DNA from: Oikopleura dioica
Lineage: Eukaryota; Animalia; Chordata
Direction of reading: 5' to 3'
Assembly (NCBI GenBank): GCA_907165135.1
Contig: OU015568.1
Span: forward strand, 5,704,001-5,768,000
Length of the DNA: 64,000 nucleotides
Part shown: one piece after another, positions 12,190-22,280 of the stretch
Numbering within the stretch: the stretch's first letter is position 1
Layout of the letters: each line of letters starts with the position of its first letter
Translations under genes and position numbers: made by a program
The notes under the pieces: generated by a model
What the model was told of the DNA's origin: nothing
What the model saw: the letters and a program-made list of their open reading frames with translations, nothing else
The model's database searches: none

Positions 12190-13017
12190 ATGAGAGCGAT
12201 CGAACAAGATGTCCATTACTTCAGGTCTGAGCCCCTCAAAAGGAAATTTCAGAAGCATTGTTTACCCTGCTTGTGGGGAATTGAAACCAATTTCGATTAT
12301 ATTCCGAAATTTCGAGCCCTCTTAACTGAATTCCACGAATTTATGATGAATCTCCGCGCCATCAATCAGCAAATACAAGAACAATGCCCGACGCTGTGCT
12401 TGCAAGGATTGCCAATTATACTTAAGCATGACGGTAATCTTCGATTACTAGAGTGGATCATTCTTGCTAGTTTACGGACATTCTTCTCCCCGAAAAACCT
12501 TGCTGAATCAGAAGTTATACTGCGAGATTTTGAAAGGAACTTCAATAGAAAACTTGGAATTTGGAGTAGGCTAGAACAACAAAACACAATAAGAAACGAA
12601 ATCCGAATCGCCTTGAGCTGGATTCCTACTCTAGTTGAAGACATTCTCCAAGACCAGCCACAACCGGTCCAATCTGAAGTCGTATTTTCCCTGAATATTC
12701 TACCGCCTGTTACTGAACACGCAGCTACACCAGCTGAAACACCACTACCTGATACTCAACCAGCACCGGCTCAGCCAGCACTAGACCCTCCGACACCAAC
12801 TTCATCAATTATAGCCTCTCCCACGAGAACCGAAACATGGCAAGATGACCCAGATCAACTTCTCAGCCCGAATCCAGCGATTCCACCACCCTCAAACGAG
12901 CAAATAAACAACATATTAGACGACATTCTAGCACAAAATGAGACAAACGAGGATACCGAATTTGACGCTTTTGGATTCCTCGATCTTCTCAACGCACCAG
13001 ATGATAACAGTTTCTAA
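12190..13017 (+). CDS. Accessory ORF3 of the retrotransposon, function unknown
   Basis: 275-aa ORF between pol and the PPT with a helical N-terminal half and a Pro/acidic tail. It probably extends upstream through -1 breaks at ~12122 and ~12190. Confidence 0.7.
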   Translation: MRAIEQDVHYFRSEPLKRKFQKHCLPCLWGIETNFDYIPKFRALLTEFHEFMMNLRAINQQIQEQCPTLCLQGLPIILKHDGNLRLLEWIILASLRTFFSPKNLAESEVILRDFERNFNRKLGIWSRLEQQNTIRNEIRIALSWIPTLVEDILQDQPQPVQSEVVFSLNILPPVTEHAATPAETPLPDTQPAPAQPALDPPTPTSSIIASPTRTETWQDDPDQLLSPNPAIPPPSNEQINNILDDILAQNETNEDTEFDAFGFLDLLNAPDDNSF

Positions 13018-13030
13018 AAAGAAGAGGATA
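13016..13030 (+). promoter_or_regulatory. Polypurine tract
   Basis: aaaaagaagaggata directly precedes the 3' LTR. Confidence 0.85.
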
Positions 13031-13265
13031 TGTAGTGTCTTTACATAAGAGCTACTGAACATCAATGCTAACTCAAGTGCTACTCAAGTGTTGATCACTG
13101 CCCGAGTGAACCGATCACTGCGCGAGTAACTCCTTCACTGTTTTTCTGTTAACAATATATATACTGTCTTTCTTTCAGCGAAATTAAGACCGCTCGACAT
13201 TCACAAATAAATAAACTTTTTACACTCACAAGCCTCTTTTGTAGTCTCTTTGCAAAAGCACTACA
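13031..13265 (+). repeat. 3' LTR
   Basis: Direct repeat of 6261-6495. Confidence 0.97.
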
Positions 13266-13776
13266 AATTTTCTTTTCGTTAGATGAAAACCAACAGATTC
13301 TTGAAATTGAGCTTCTCCGCGTCAGAGCTCGACATTTGAAAAGAGCAATTTTAATCTTCTCGGATTTCGGCGCGATCTTGCTTTCTTGAGAGAGCGAAAT
13401 CCAGATTTGAAATGTTTTTATTCTCGACAGCGAGGTCGGATTCGAATTAGCGAGGGAAGAAGGAGAAAAAAGCTTCTGCGTTTTATTTGAAAATCAAGTC
13501 GTAGCAATCTTTCATCATTTTGTATTCGGCGTAGAATCACCTGTCCAGAGGAATTTTGACTTTGGTGCCATGCTCGATGAGAGTATTTTGGAGAATGAAT
13601 TTTGAGTTTTCGATTCGGTCCAGCACCATTTGGTGAAAAAAACACTTCTCCGTCGGAGGTAGGCGCCGGTGACGGTCAGGGGACGGGTGAAATTGGAGAA
13701 GTTGTGATGGAGGAGCACTGAAACTTTGTATTTTTTTAATTAGAAAGATTACATTATCTACAGTAGGCCTTTGATC

Positions 13777-14145
13777 TCATTTTAAAATGCGAAAATTCGA
13801 CCCTTCTGTTAGATAAAAGTTCCTTTCAGTCCCGAATGATTCGGGATCCCGAACCGTTCGAAGAGACAACCCTTGAGGCATTCCTTCAATCTCAATCGGA
13901 GTCCCAGGGTGTGTTTCATCAATTTGAAGCGCCAGAAAATGCTCGACCAATTCTTCTTCTTGTTTGTCCAGAACGTTTTCTGCAAGATCTTCAAACTGCT
14001 CGATTTCTTCTCGAAAATAATCCTCTTGAAGTAGTCCTGTGTTGATCCTTGATCGTTTGTAGATTGCTGGGTTCAAGTGCATAAGATTTCGGTGGAAATT
14101 TTCGATCGATTCTTCTGATATGTTGGCAAAAAAATTTTTCACCAA
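13777..14145 (-). CDS. Uncharacterised acidic coding segment
   Basis: 122-aa ORF with a helical Glu-rich centre. It may be part of the minus-strand gene interrupted by the LTR element. Confidence 0.35.
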   Translation of the reverse strand: MVKNFFANISEESIENFHRNLMHLNPAIYKRSRINTGLLQEDYFREEIEQFEDLAENVLDKQEEELVEHFLALQIDETHPGTPIEIEGMPQGLSLRTVRDPESFGTERNFYLTEGSNFRILK

Positions 14146-14385
14146 GGGTCCAATTTAAAGAACACATTTGGAATCCTACTTGGTTCGGGCGATAGAAACA
14201 TGCGGCAGACTCTGGCCTTTCCCTTTGAACTTTTATGATTCATTTCTGTCCCAAAAATATGGGAAAATTTTTGTCATTAGACGAAAGGCAAAGAATATCA
14301 ATTTTAAGGCTACTTTTGAAATTCGCTGTCATCAGGGTTTTCACTGTACATATCAAATTTGTAATGATAATAAAAATGAGGGAAG

Positions 14386-14890
14386 CAGCGGTCTGATTCG
14401 CTTTGCGAATTTCGCTTTTTGTTATTTCAATTCGCTTCGCTTCGCATTCGCTTTTACCAAAAATTTTCGCGATCAATCAATATACTGTATATTAAATATA
14501 TCATATATACAGTATATATTATATACATTTATTCACATCGCCGTTTGCCCAAGATTTCGGTTTCTCCAAGTTCGGTAAACGGCGATTAGGGAAACGGCAT
14601 TTGGGCAAATGGAGATCACTCGAGCCACACATCCTCTTCAGCTCAGTTAGATCAGAAAATTTACGATTTCGCTCTTTCCGATGAGGTAGTCCAAATGCCC
14701 GAAAAAGGAATAAAATTGAAAACGAATCTTAAATGGAAACTTTTTCAAAGGTTACATATTTTCGGAAAATTTTCGATTTTTAGAAAAATTTTTCGCTTTC
14801 GCTTTAGAAATTTTGATTCGCTTCGTTTCGCTCTCGCTTTAAATTTTTGAAAAATTTTCGCCCTCGCTTTTCATTTTTGACCAAAATCCA
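14386..14890. mobile_element. Short derivative of the 17450-19142 DNA element
   Basis: Starts cagcggtctgattcgc (cf. caggggtctggattcgc) and carries TTCGCT arrays. Segment 14527-14850 matches 18827-19120. Confidence 0.65.
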
Positions 14891-15167
14891 ACTTATTTTA
14901 TACATATTTTAAAGCTCTGACTATACCGGAATTGACCCTAATTTGACCAAAATTTTTCAATTTTCATGATTTCCCAGATTTTGCAAAAGTATTTTCCCGG
15001 AAGGGTACGGAGGTATTTGAGGGCTCAAAATGATCAGCGCAACGAGCTCTATCAGATAAGCGCAAAAAACAAAGCGTACAGAAAAATTGTTTGAAAAGTG
15101 ACCCACCCTACCCCTGAGGGCAGAGCTAAAATCATTTCTTCTATTTCTTTTTTTGATCGTTTTTTAG

Positions 15168-15548
15168 GAACGTGCATGTTATGTCCCCGAATGTCCCGAA
15201 TGTCCCCGATTTTGTTTTTTATAAAAAGTAATATTATTTAGCAAACATTTCTGTTCTAGAAACAGAATTTACCAAATAATGCCTAAACAGTAGAAGGCGT
15301 GAAAAAAGATGTGTGGCCTGTCAGATCAAGGAGTTTTCTGCCATAAATTGCGCGGAGCGCTTTCTTCTCCCTAAATTTCATCATTTTAAATGTTTTAAGC
15401 GCATTTATGAGCCGAAAACGGTCATTTTAAGTAATCAGGGTAATCACGTTAATTTTCTAGATGGGGTGATGTTTTTATTTTTTTTTTGAGAAAAATGGCG
15501 GGGACATTCGGGACATTCGGGACGTTCGGGGACATAACATGCGTCTAC
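15168..15548. mobile_element. Mutator-like MITE
   Basis: TIRs gcatgttatgtccccgaatgtcccgaa / ttcgggacgttcggggacataacatgc are flanked by the 10-bp direct repeat cgttttttag (15158-15167, 15549-15558). Confidence 0.7.
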
Positions 15549-15639
15549 CGTTTTTTAGACGCAATAATTAACGGGAACTTTCAGGAGAACAGGGATTAAA
15601 CTTGAAATACTATTTCCAATGACTTGTTGACTTATCACT

Positions 15640-16596
15640 GCATCTTCTTCAAAATCCAGCCGTTCGATTGCATAAGGCCTTCCCCATCCAGGAACGATGA
15701 AAATTGAGTTTTCAATCATAATTGCAGATGCAGAACAGACAGCCTTAATTCAAATAAAAATCTCTGACAGTTTAAGAAACATACGTGTTGGAGATCGCCA
15801 ATTTGTTCCCAAATGTCGTTTTCAAGAAGCAAAATCGCTTTTTGGACTTCATAATTATCATCCGATCCCCCGGCGAGCAAAAGACTTCCACTTGGAAGGC
15901 CCATCAAAACATGATATCTTATTAAACTATAATAATTATAATTAATAAACGATTTTTTTAAATACTATTTCGGGAAATCAGATAAACTTGTCCATCCCGA
16001 AGAACCAAGGGTCTCCACTTTATTTATTCCAAAATATCCGGAATTTCCAACAGTAGTTGGATTTCCTTGATAGAAGCCGAGATTTCCTTCCCAATGACTA
16101 TAAATTGAAGAGAAAGTTTCAGTTGAAAATTCTCCATCAAAATCTTCGCATCTCTTGTTATCGACGTAGTCAAAGCAAATTATGGCTATTTGCCCATCAT
16201 CGACTGAAAGCGCCGCAGAGCCACCCGAAAATTTATTGACCAATCGAGTTGGCTGTTCTATCCAAGTGCAGCCTTCTAGTTTCGCGATCTTAACTCAATT
16301 ATTCTCAAAATTCTAAATTTTCTTACTTTTTGTCGATCCGTTCTTCCTCCAAAAATGAAGAGCTCGTTTTTGACAAGAGCATGTGGAGCCCATTCAAGAT
16401 AATTATTGCTCGGAGCTGCAATTGCCGCCTTATTCCTTGTTCTTCCATCGAATGAAATCGAAAATGCTTCTTCCAGGTTCTCGCTCATAACCAAAATTGC
16501 CTTTCCAAAAAAAAAATATAATTTCTTGATTTCCGCTCGATCATCAAACTTGAACATCCGCATCTTTTTAGTTTTTAAATTTTCGATGCCGGTCAT
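15640..16596 (-). CDS. Kelch/beta-propeller-like protein segment, copy 2
   Basis: ORFs 16276-16596, 15965-16243 and 15716-15907 are paralogous to 1213-2193. Confidence 0.55.
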
Positions 16597-17449
16597 TTTT
16601 ATTTTCGATAGGCTTCTTCTTTTCTTTTGATTCTTTTTCTGGTTAAGTTTTTGTCTTAAAAGCTTAGCGTATATTCTAAATTTAACCTTTCCTCGATAAT
16701 TTTCAAAGAAGTTGCCATTGAACTTGATGAGTTGAAATGAAATTCAAATTTCAACAATTGAGTGATATTCGTCGCCCAAGATGAGCGAGCTTCAAAATAA
16801 TCGGAATCAATCCAAAGAGAATAATTTGAAGAAACTCCAAAACTGAGAAAAGTGGATCCATCGAAGAAACTCAATTCAAGTATTTTAATCTCTTCAAAAA
16901 TGGCCGATTTTTCTGAAAAATTCATTTCGAAGTCAAGATATTCTATTCTATCGAATTTCATCTCGAATGAAGAAATGTGATTCAATTCTGCGAGCGACGA
17001 AAAGAATTTATCCGGAATGATCGTTGACTGTCCGAAACTAGGTGGGAATCGCGGCTGAGCGACAGCGTTCTTGGCAAAAGCTGGAAATACATCGTCGTGA
17101 AACGCAAAAAGTGGATTGCTTGTAACGAACATTTGTCTTCTCGCCGGTTGCTGGACGAATTCAAGCTCAGCAAGGTCTTTAAAAAGGATTCAATCACTGA
17201 GTAATCACTGATTACTAATCAGCTTTCGAACTTTGAAATTCAAAGAAAAGCAAAAGAATGGAATCCTTTCCAAAATGAAATTTGACTTCAAATGAAAAGT
17301 CAAAAACGAAATTCGAGATTAAAATCTTGTCGTCAATAATCATTCCGTTTCCGAAGTACTCGCATTCATCGTTATTGTACCCATCTTGATCCGTGTAGTA
17401 TGGATCAAGTTGGGTAAACAACTTAGAAAAACAGATAGTTTTCTCTTCG

Positions 17450-19142
17450 CAGGGGTCTGGATTCGCTTAGCTTCGCTCTGCTTCGCTTTCGCTTTTTGTA
17501 ATTTCAATTCGCTTCGCGTCTCTTTCGCTCTTTAACTTAAGTTTTTTGCTACTCCACAGTCAACTCTGGCTTCACCAAGATCAATCGCGGATTCAACAAC
17601 TTCCGTCAGTCCCGGCTTCTCAGTTGTCAATCATTTTTTGTCTAAAAATTGGTTGACGTTGGAAAAGCCTACATTGAAATTGATGTAGCCCGGAATCCTC
17701 ATCAACCTTTCCACGAAAGGAATAGTTCTGGCATAGTTGATAACGCTCACACAGCGGGATACGGGATTGAAAATGCATTTTAATATTTGACCAATCAAAA
17801 TCCCATCTCCCGTTATGTAGGAGAGATGCCCGAACTATTCCTTTTGTCGAAGAGTTGCTTAGTTGGTCCGATATCATCCCTAAAAGAATCAGCCCGATTC
17901 ACATACATATTCACCTCAAAAAGTGAATTTCAAAATTGCACCTATCGAAATCCCGTCTCCCGCTGAGTATGCGTTATCCGCGATGCCAGAACTATTCGTT
18001 TTGTAGAAGGGTTTATAAGTTGATCCTCTATCATTCCTAAAAGAATCAGCCAGAAAAATATACATATTCACTTCAAAAAAATTATTTCAAAATTTATTTT
18101 CTGAAAATCTCTCCTTTCGCTTTTTTGGCGTTATCAGCAATGCCAGAACTTTTCCTTCGGTAGAAAGGTTCGTAAGTAGGTCTGCTATCATCCCTTAAAG
18201 AATCAGTCTGATATACGTGTATATTCACTTCGAAAAATGGATTTTATCAAAAAAAGAAGGAATAGTTGCGTTACGTCAGCAGTTGATTAAAGCCACGTCA
18301 TCCTTAATTTATCCGTATTTTATACTTTAAATGGCAATGACGCGTCCGCAAAATAGTCAATCAGCATAAATGATATGTGATATATTTAGATATATGCTCA
18401 AAAATATTTTGATGATTTTGCGTAGGTGTCACGCCACCAAGTGGCGAAAAATCGCCATTTTTGTAAATTTTCCTGGTCGAAAACCGGATTTCCGATATAT
18501 TTTTGAATTTTTATTATTGATAATTGGATTCAAAATAATCAAATTACTCTTCTATTTTTTAATATTAAGAAGTTTTGGCGCCATTTTTCTGACGGAAAAA
18601 ATTTTCATTGCGAACCCTAGCCGGGATGGACGTTCGAGAAGACGGAATGAACGGGATCGGCATCGGTAAAGCCATGATTAAAGTCGGTGAAGCCAGGATT
18701 GATGATAAAGAAAACAGAATTGAAGATAGAGAAGCCATGATTAACATAATATCAATGATATTCGAGTAGACTTGATTGAAGTTGGTGAAGCCAATGTTTA
18801 ATGATCATTGATCAATCAATTTACATTTATTCACATCGCCGTTTGCCTAAGATTTCGGTTTCCCGAAGTTGGGTAAACCGTTTACCGTAAACGGCGATTT
18901 GGGAAATGGCATTTGGGCAAATGGAGATCACTCGAGCCACACATCCTCATCAGCTAAGTTAGATCAGAAAATTTACGATTTCGCTCTTTCTGGAGCGGAA
19001 GTCCGAATGCCCGAAGAACAAATAAAATTGAAACCGATTTTAAAATGGACACATTTTCAAAGGTAACATATTTTCGCAAAGGTAAAATTTTTCGCTTCGC
19101 TTCGCTTTCGCTTTAAATTTTTGGCCGAAATCCAGACCCCTG
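17450..19142. mobile_element. Non-autonomous TIR DNA element (hAT/P-like CAGGGG termini) with cargo
   Basis: TIR CAGGGGTCTGGATT / AATCCAGACCCCTG and 7-bp TSD CTCTTCG (17443-17449, 19143-19149). The paralog provides the empty site. Confidence 0.85.
17790..18240 (-). repeat. Three tandem ~160-180-bp exon-like repeats inside the element
   Basis: Minus-strand units read VNMYVNRADSFRDD / VNMYIFLADSFRND / VNIHVYQTDSLRDD ... SSGIADN. Confidence 0.65.
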
Positions 19143-19319
19143 CTCTTCGTATTTATCAAGGGAACCGATCCACTCGCGGCCAAGAGTCACGAATTTGCCT
19201 CCTGCCTCCAACAACACCGAATAAAGCGTGTTTGAGAGATCGATACTTCTTGTCACTAGAATTAGAAGAAGTCTATCCGAGTCGATCTTATTTCGGTTAA
19301 AAATGAATTTAAATCAAAG

Positions 19320-19664
19320 TCAATGCTCACAAATTTTAACTCGTTCCAAAGGAGCCACGTGGACAAGATCTAGATCTCTCAGCTCTGCCGGAACTCCGAA
19401 TTCGCCTTTTTTCCAACCTTTTTCCGACTCTTCGCGTTCTCGTATTCTGGTTAAAGCGATCGTCGTCGACAACCTGATGAAGTTGTCTCCAAGCTTGACG
19501 CTCATCAAGTGAAAAACTCCTTTGAAGCTGATCGATGAAACTTTGCCGTTAATGTGATTGCTTGGAATGTAACCTTGTGCCTCTTCGAATCGCCTCGCAT
19601 TGTAATCGGGGGCGTAGTAGAAGCATTTGTCGTCCCGGGCAGTTGGGCGGCTTCGAATGGTCAA
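19320..19664 (-). CDS. Divergent SH3-like coding segment, copy 2
   Basis: Paralog of 3190-3519, with EKGWKKGEFGVPAEL intact in frame here. Confidence 0.35.
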   Translation of the reverse strand: MTIRSRPTARDDKCFYYAPDYNARRFEEAQGYIPSNHINGKVSSISFKGVFHLMSVKLGDNFIRLSTTIALTRIREREESEKGWKKGEFGVPAELRDLDLVHVAPLERVKICEH

Positions 19665-19869
19665 AAATTGTCCCCGACTTACTCATGTCAGCGGGTTAAA
19701 ATATAAACAGTCTTCGATTTTCGACCTTTTTCAGATGACGACGACCGTAAACACTTTTCTTTCTTTTTTTTCGGTAAGAATTTCAATTTGATGAGTCCCG
19801 ATCGAGGATCCAAAGTGAAACACGAAAAAACCACTTTTAATATAAATACTGATACAAAGGAATATTCTT

Positions 19870-21050
19870 ACACATTTTTAAGTCGATTTCCAATAAATAT
19901 CGGGGCAGTGTCATCTTCAGCAAATCTCATTAAATTTCCCACCGCATCTACCAAATAGTGTTCCCCATTGAGAAAAGTGGCTCCAATAGACTTTTCATGT
20001 CTTTTTGATTGAATTTTGAATAAAGGAAAATAGAAATAAGTCGTTTCAAATGACTAATAAACTCTTTATTTTAAAATTACAAAACGGACTTCTCGTGAAA
20101 AACATTCATAATTGTAAAAACAGGGTGGAACATCTATTCCTCTAGCATTTCCCTCGAAGTCGGCAAGCATAATCGGAATCGACCTTTCGGAGTCTTTTTG
20201 GTTATTCTGAGAATCATCCCAACGCCGCTTTATCCGTTCATCGGATTTAGATGGAGCAATATAATCGCAGCTCGTAGAGATTTTGATGGAATTTGACGAT
20301 GAATTTGTTGATGTCGACATTGTCGACGATGACATTTCACTGTCTTCACGAAGATCAAAGACAGGGATCATTTTCTGCCGCGATTCAAATTTCTCACACT
20401 CATAATAAGGACAAGGACATCCCTTCGGACAATATTCCTGAAGTGGACAAATTTCTCCAGCGCCTTCGGAGGCACTTGTCAGTTGAAAACACATCGTGTC
20501 GCAAGGCGAGATTGGGTTGGTCCTTGTTGATTGCAAGACAAGCGTTTCGGAGCAGAGATGACGGCAGATCTTTTGGTCGTAAAACTGTTTCTTCTGACAG
20601 CGGCGGAGATTGACTTCGTTCTCGTCTTCGGAAAAGTCAAGCGGCGCCGATTTGACGTTTTCGATCTTGGAAACCGGTTCCGGGAGCATAAATTCTTGAG
20701 TTTCGAAGCACTGCTTCATCAAATGTCCGCATATATCAATTTCGGCGATTCGAACGCATTCCTTGTAATTTCGATTGCAAGTTGACGTCAGAAATGTCGT
20801 CACCGCGCGAGATTTCTCCAGAGAATACACATTCGCTAGAAAAGAAATTTGATCAATTATAATTTTCATGAAAACTACCAAGAAGCATGACAGTAATCCA
20901 AAACAAGGAGCCAGAACTGAGATAGGAGCCCATTTGAAGCATGGTCGAAAATCCGTGCTCGGCAAAGCTCAGTTGCGCGGCGGCTTTTTTCTTCCATGTT
21001 TTCTCCTCTTTCAAATCTCGCTTTCGAGTGTGAATGCTTCGAGTCGTCAA
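19870..21050 (-). CDS. Cys-rich probable type II membrane protein, copy 2
   Basis: 299-aa ORF with TM ISVLAPCFGLLSCFLVVFMKII and GEICPLQEYCPKGCPCPYYECEK. The downstream exon ATFLNGEHYLVDA is shared with copy 1. Confidence 0.6.
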
Positions 21051-21428
21051 CACTTCTTCGGGAAATAAATAAACTTTTTCCCCTGATTTTCTCAAGACAC
21101 CGACACAGTCGCAATCAAGACACTATTTTATAAGTTTATTAATTATTTAAAAGCTTTGCCTTTTAAGCCTAAGAATATTCACCTGAATTTTTGTCCGAAA
21201 AATCGGATTCTCCGTTCTCTCATCGACTTCTTCGATAACCATAGCAAGTGATCTCTGAAAGAAAATGAGCTATTCTGAGGAAAAACTGAAAGAGCGTTCG
21301 CTTATGAGAACCGTCGTAACGAGTATTTGTCTGACAGTTGGACAGCTTCAGCTCCGTTTTCGTTCCTTTTTGAACGTCATTTACTTCTTCCTCAAGGTTT
21401 GCTATTTTTGTACAGCTTAGAAATTTAG

Positions 21429-22280
21429 TACCTCGGGTACCTGATTTAGTGTCGCTTTTTTGGTCCCGACATTTCGAAAAAACGACACTAAATTGGAATC
21501 GAATGGTTGCCGACATATTTTCTCTCTTTGCAATGATTTTTGTTTTTAATACAGTCTCTAGACAATGTTTTTTGTTTACTGGCACTGATTTTGAGCTTTC
21601 TTACTAGAAAATATGTTTTGTTTTTGGATAATGCGAGGTATTTTTTTTTGGTTTCCCAAATCCAAATTTATTTAGCGTTCATAAACTGAAATTGATGCTC
21701 AAAAATATTGTCTTCTGTTTCTTTCTCCCAGCTACCACAGGTTGGTATCAACCCTGTGATTCACTTATCCTGGCTCAGTTGAAATCGAAAATTCATCGAT
21801 GAACAAGTATATATTAATGACCACACACGGATAGAAGAAGAAGTGCTTGCAAAAAAGAGCGTGGATATTTTCTTATCAATGAAGAAGGGAATTTTCACTC
21901 TTTCTTGGCAGAAGACTCATTTGGTTTTACCAGAAGAATTGAAAGCAATCGATTTTGATGAAGAAAATATTCCTACCGATCAGGAGTTGCTCTTAGCTCA
22001 AGTCGAAAAAGATGAAGATGAGATCAATATGCAGATGAATGCTCTCCAGATCCAAGAAAATCCTCAGCAGAATGAGCAAGAAAAGCCAAATGAAGAACCA
22101 AAGAAGAAAAACTACAAGCAAGCTTCTATAAAATCATTTTTTATGAAAAAATAAATCTCATTCTATCATGTCAATAAAGTTCAATCCGAAAAAAACGACA
22201 CTAAATTAGAATTAGCTGGTGACCACGTTTCGGAAAAAGCGACACTAAATTGGGCGACACTAAATCGGGTACCTGAGGTA
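21429..22280 (+). mobile_element. Internally deleted pogo/Tigger-like (DDE_1) transposon
   Basis: 27-bp TIRs tacctcgggtacctgatttagtgtcgc / gcgacactaaatcgggtacctgaggta with TA ends. Transposase remnant FLPATTGWYQP(C)DSLILAQLK (cf. FLPxNxTxxxQPxD) and C-terminal ORF 21843-22154. Confidence 0.8.

Larger units (their letters stand above)
6261..13265 (+). mobile_element. Full-length Ty3/gypsy LTR retrotransposon (Tor-like)
   Basis: Two identical-looking 235-bp LTRs (TGTAGT...ACTACA), 4-bp TSD AATT (6257-6260 and 13266-13269), PBS, PPT, gag, and pol in PR-RT-RNaseH-IN order, plus an extra ORF. Confidence 0.97.
16656..19310 (-). pseudogene. Paralog of 2268-3120 interrupted by a 1.7-kb DNA element
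   Basis: The intact copy reads ...ttttctcttcgtatttatcaag... (~2991-3011). Here the same site is split at ctcttcg by the 17450-19142 insertion. Confidence 0.55.

Noticed and set aside
12190-13017. ORF3 as a retroviral env gene
   Set aside because: No signal peptide, TM segment, glycosylation-rich ectodomain or furin site is visible, so it was kept as an unknown accessory ORF.
17790-18240. CRISPR-like repeat array
   Set aside because: Units are ~170 bp, degenerate and coding-like, with no short repeat/unique spacer pattern or cas genes, in a eukaryotic context.
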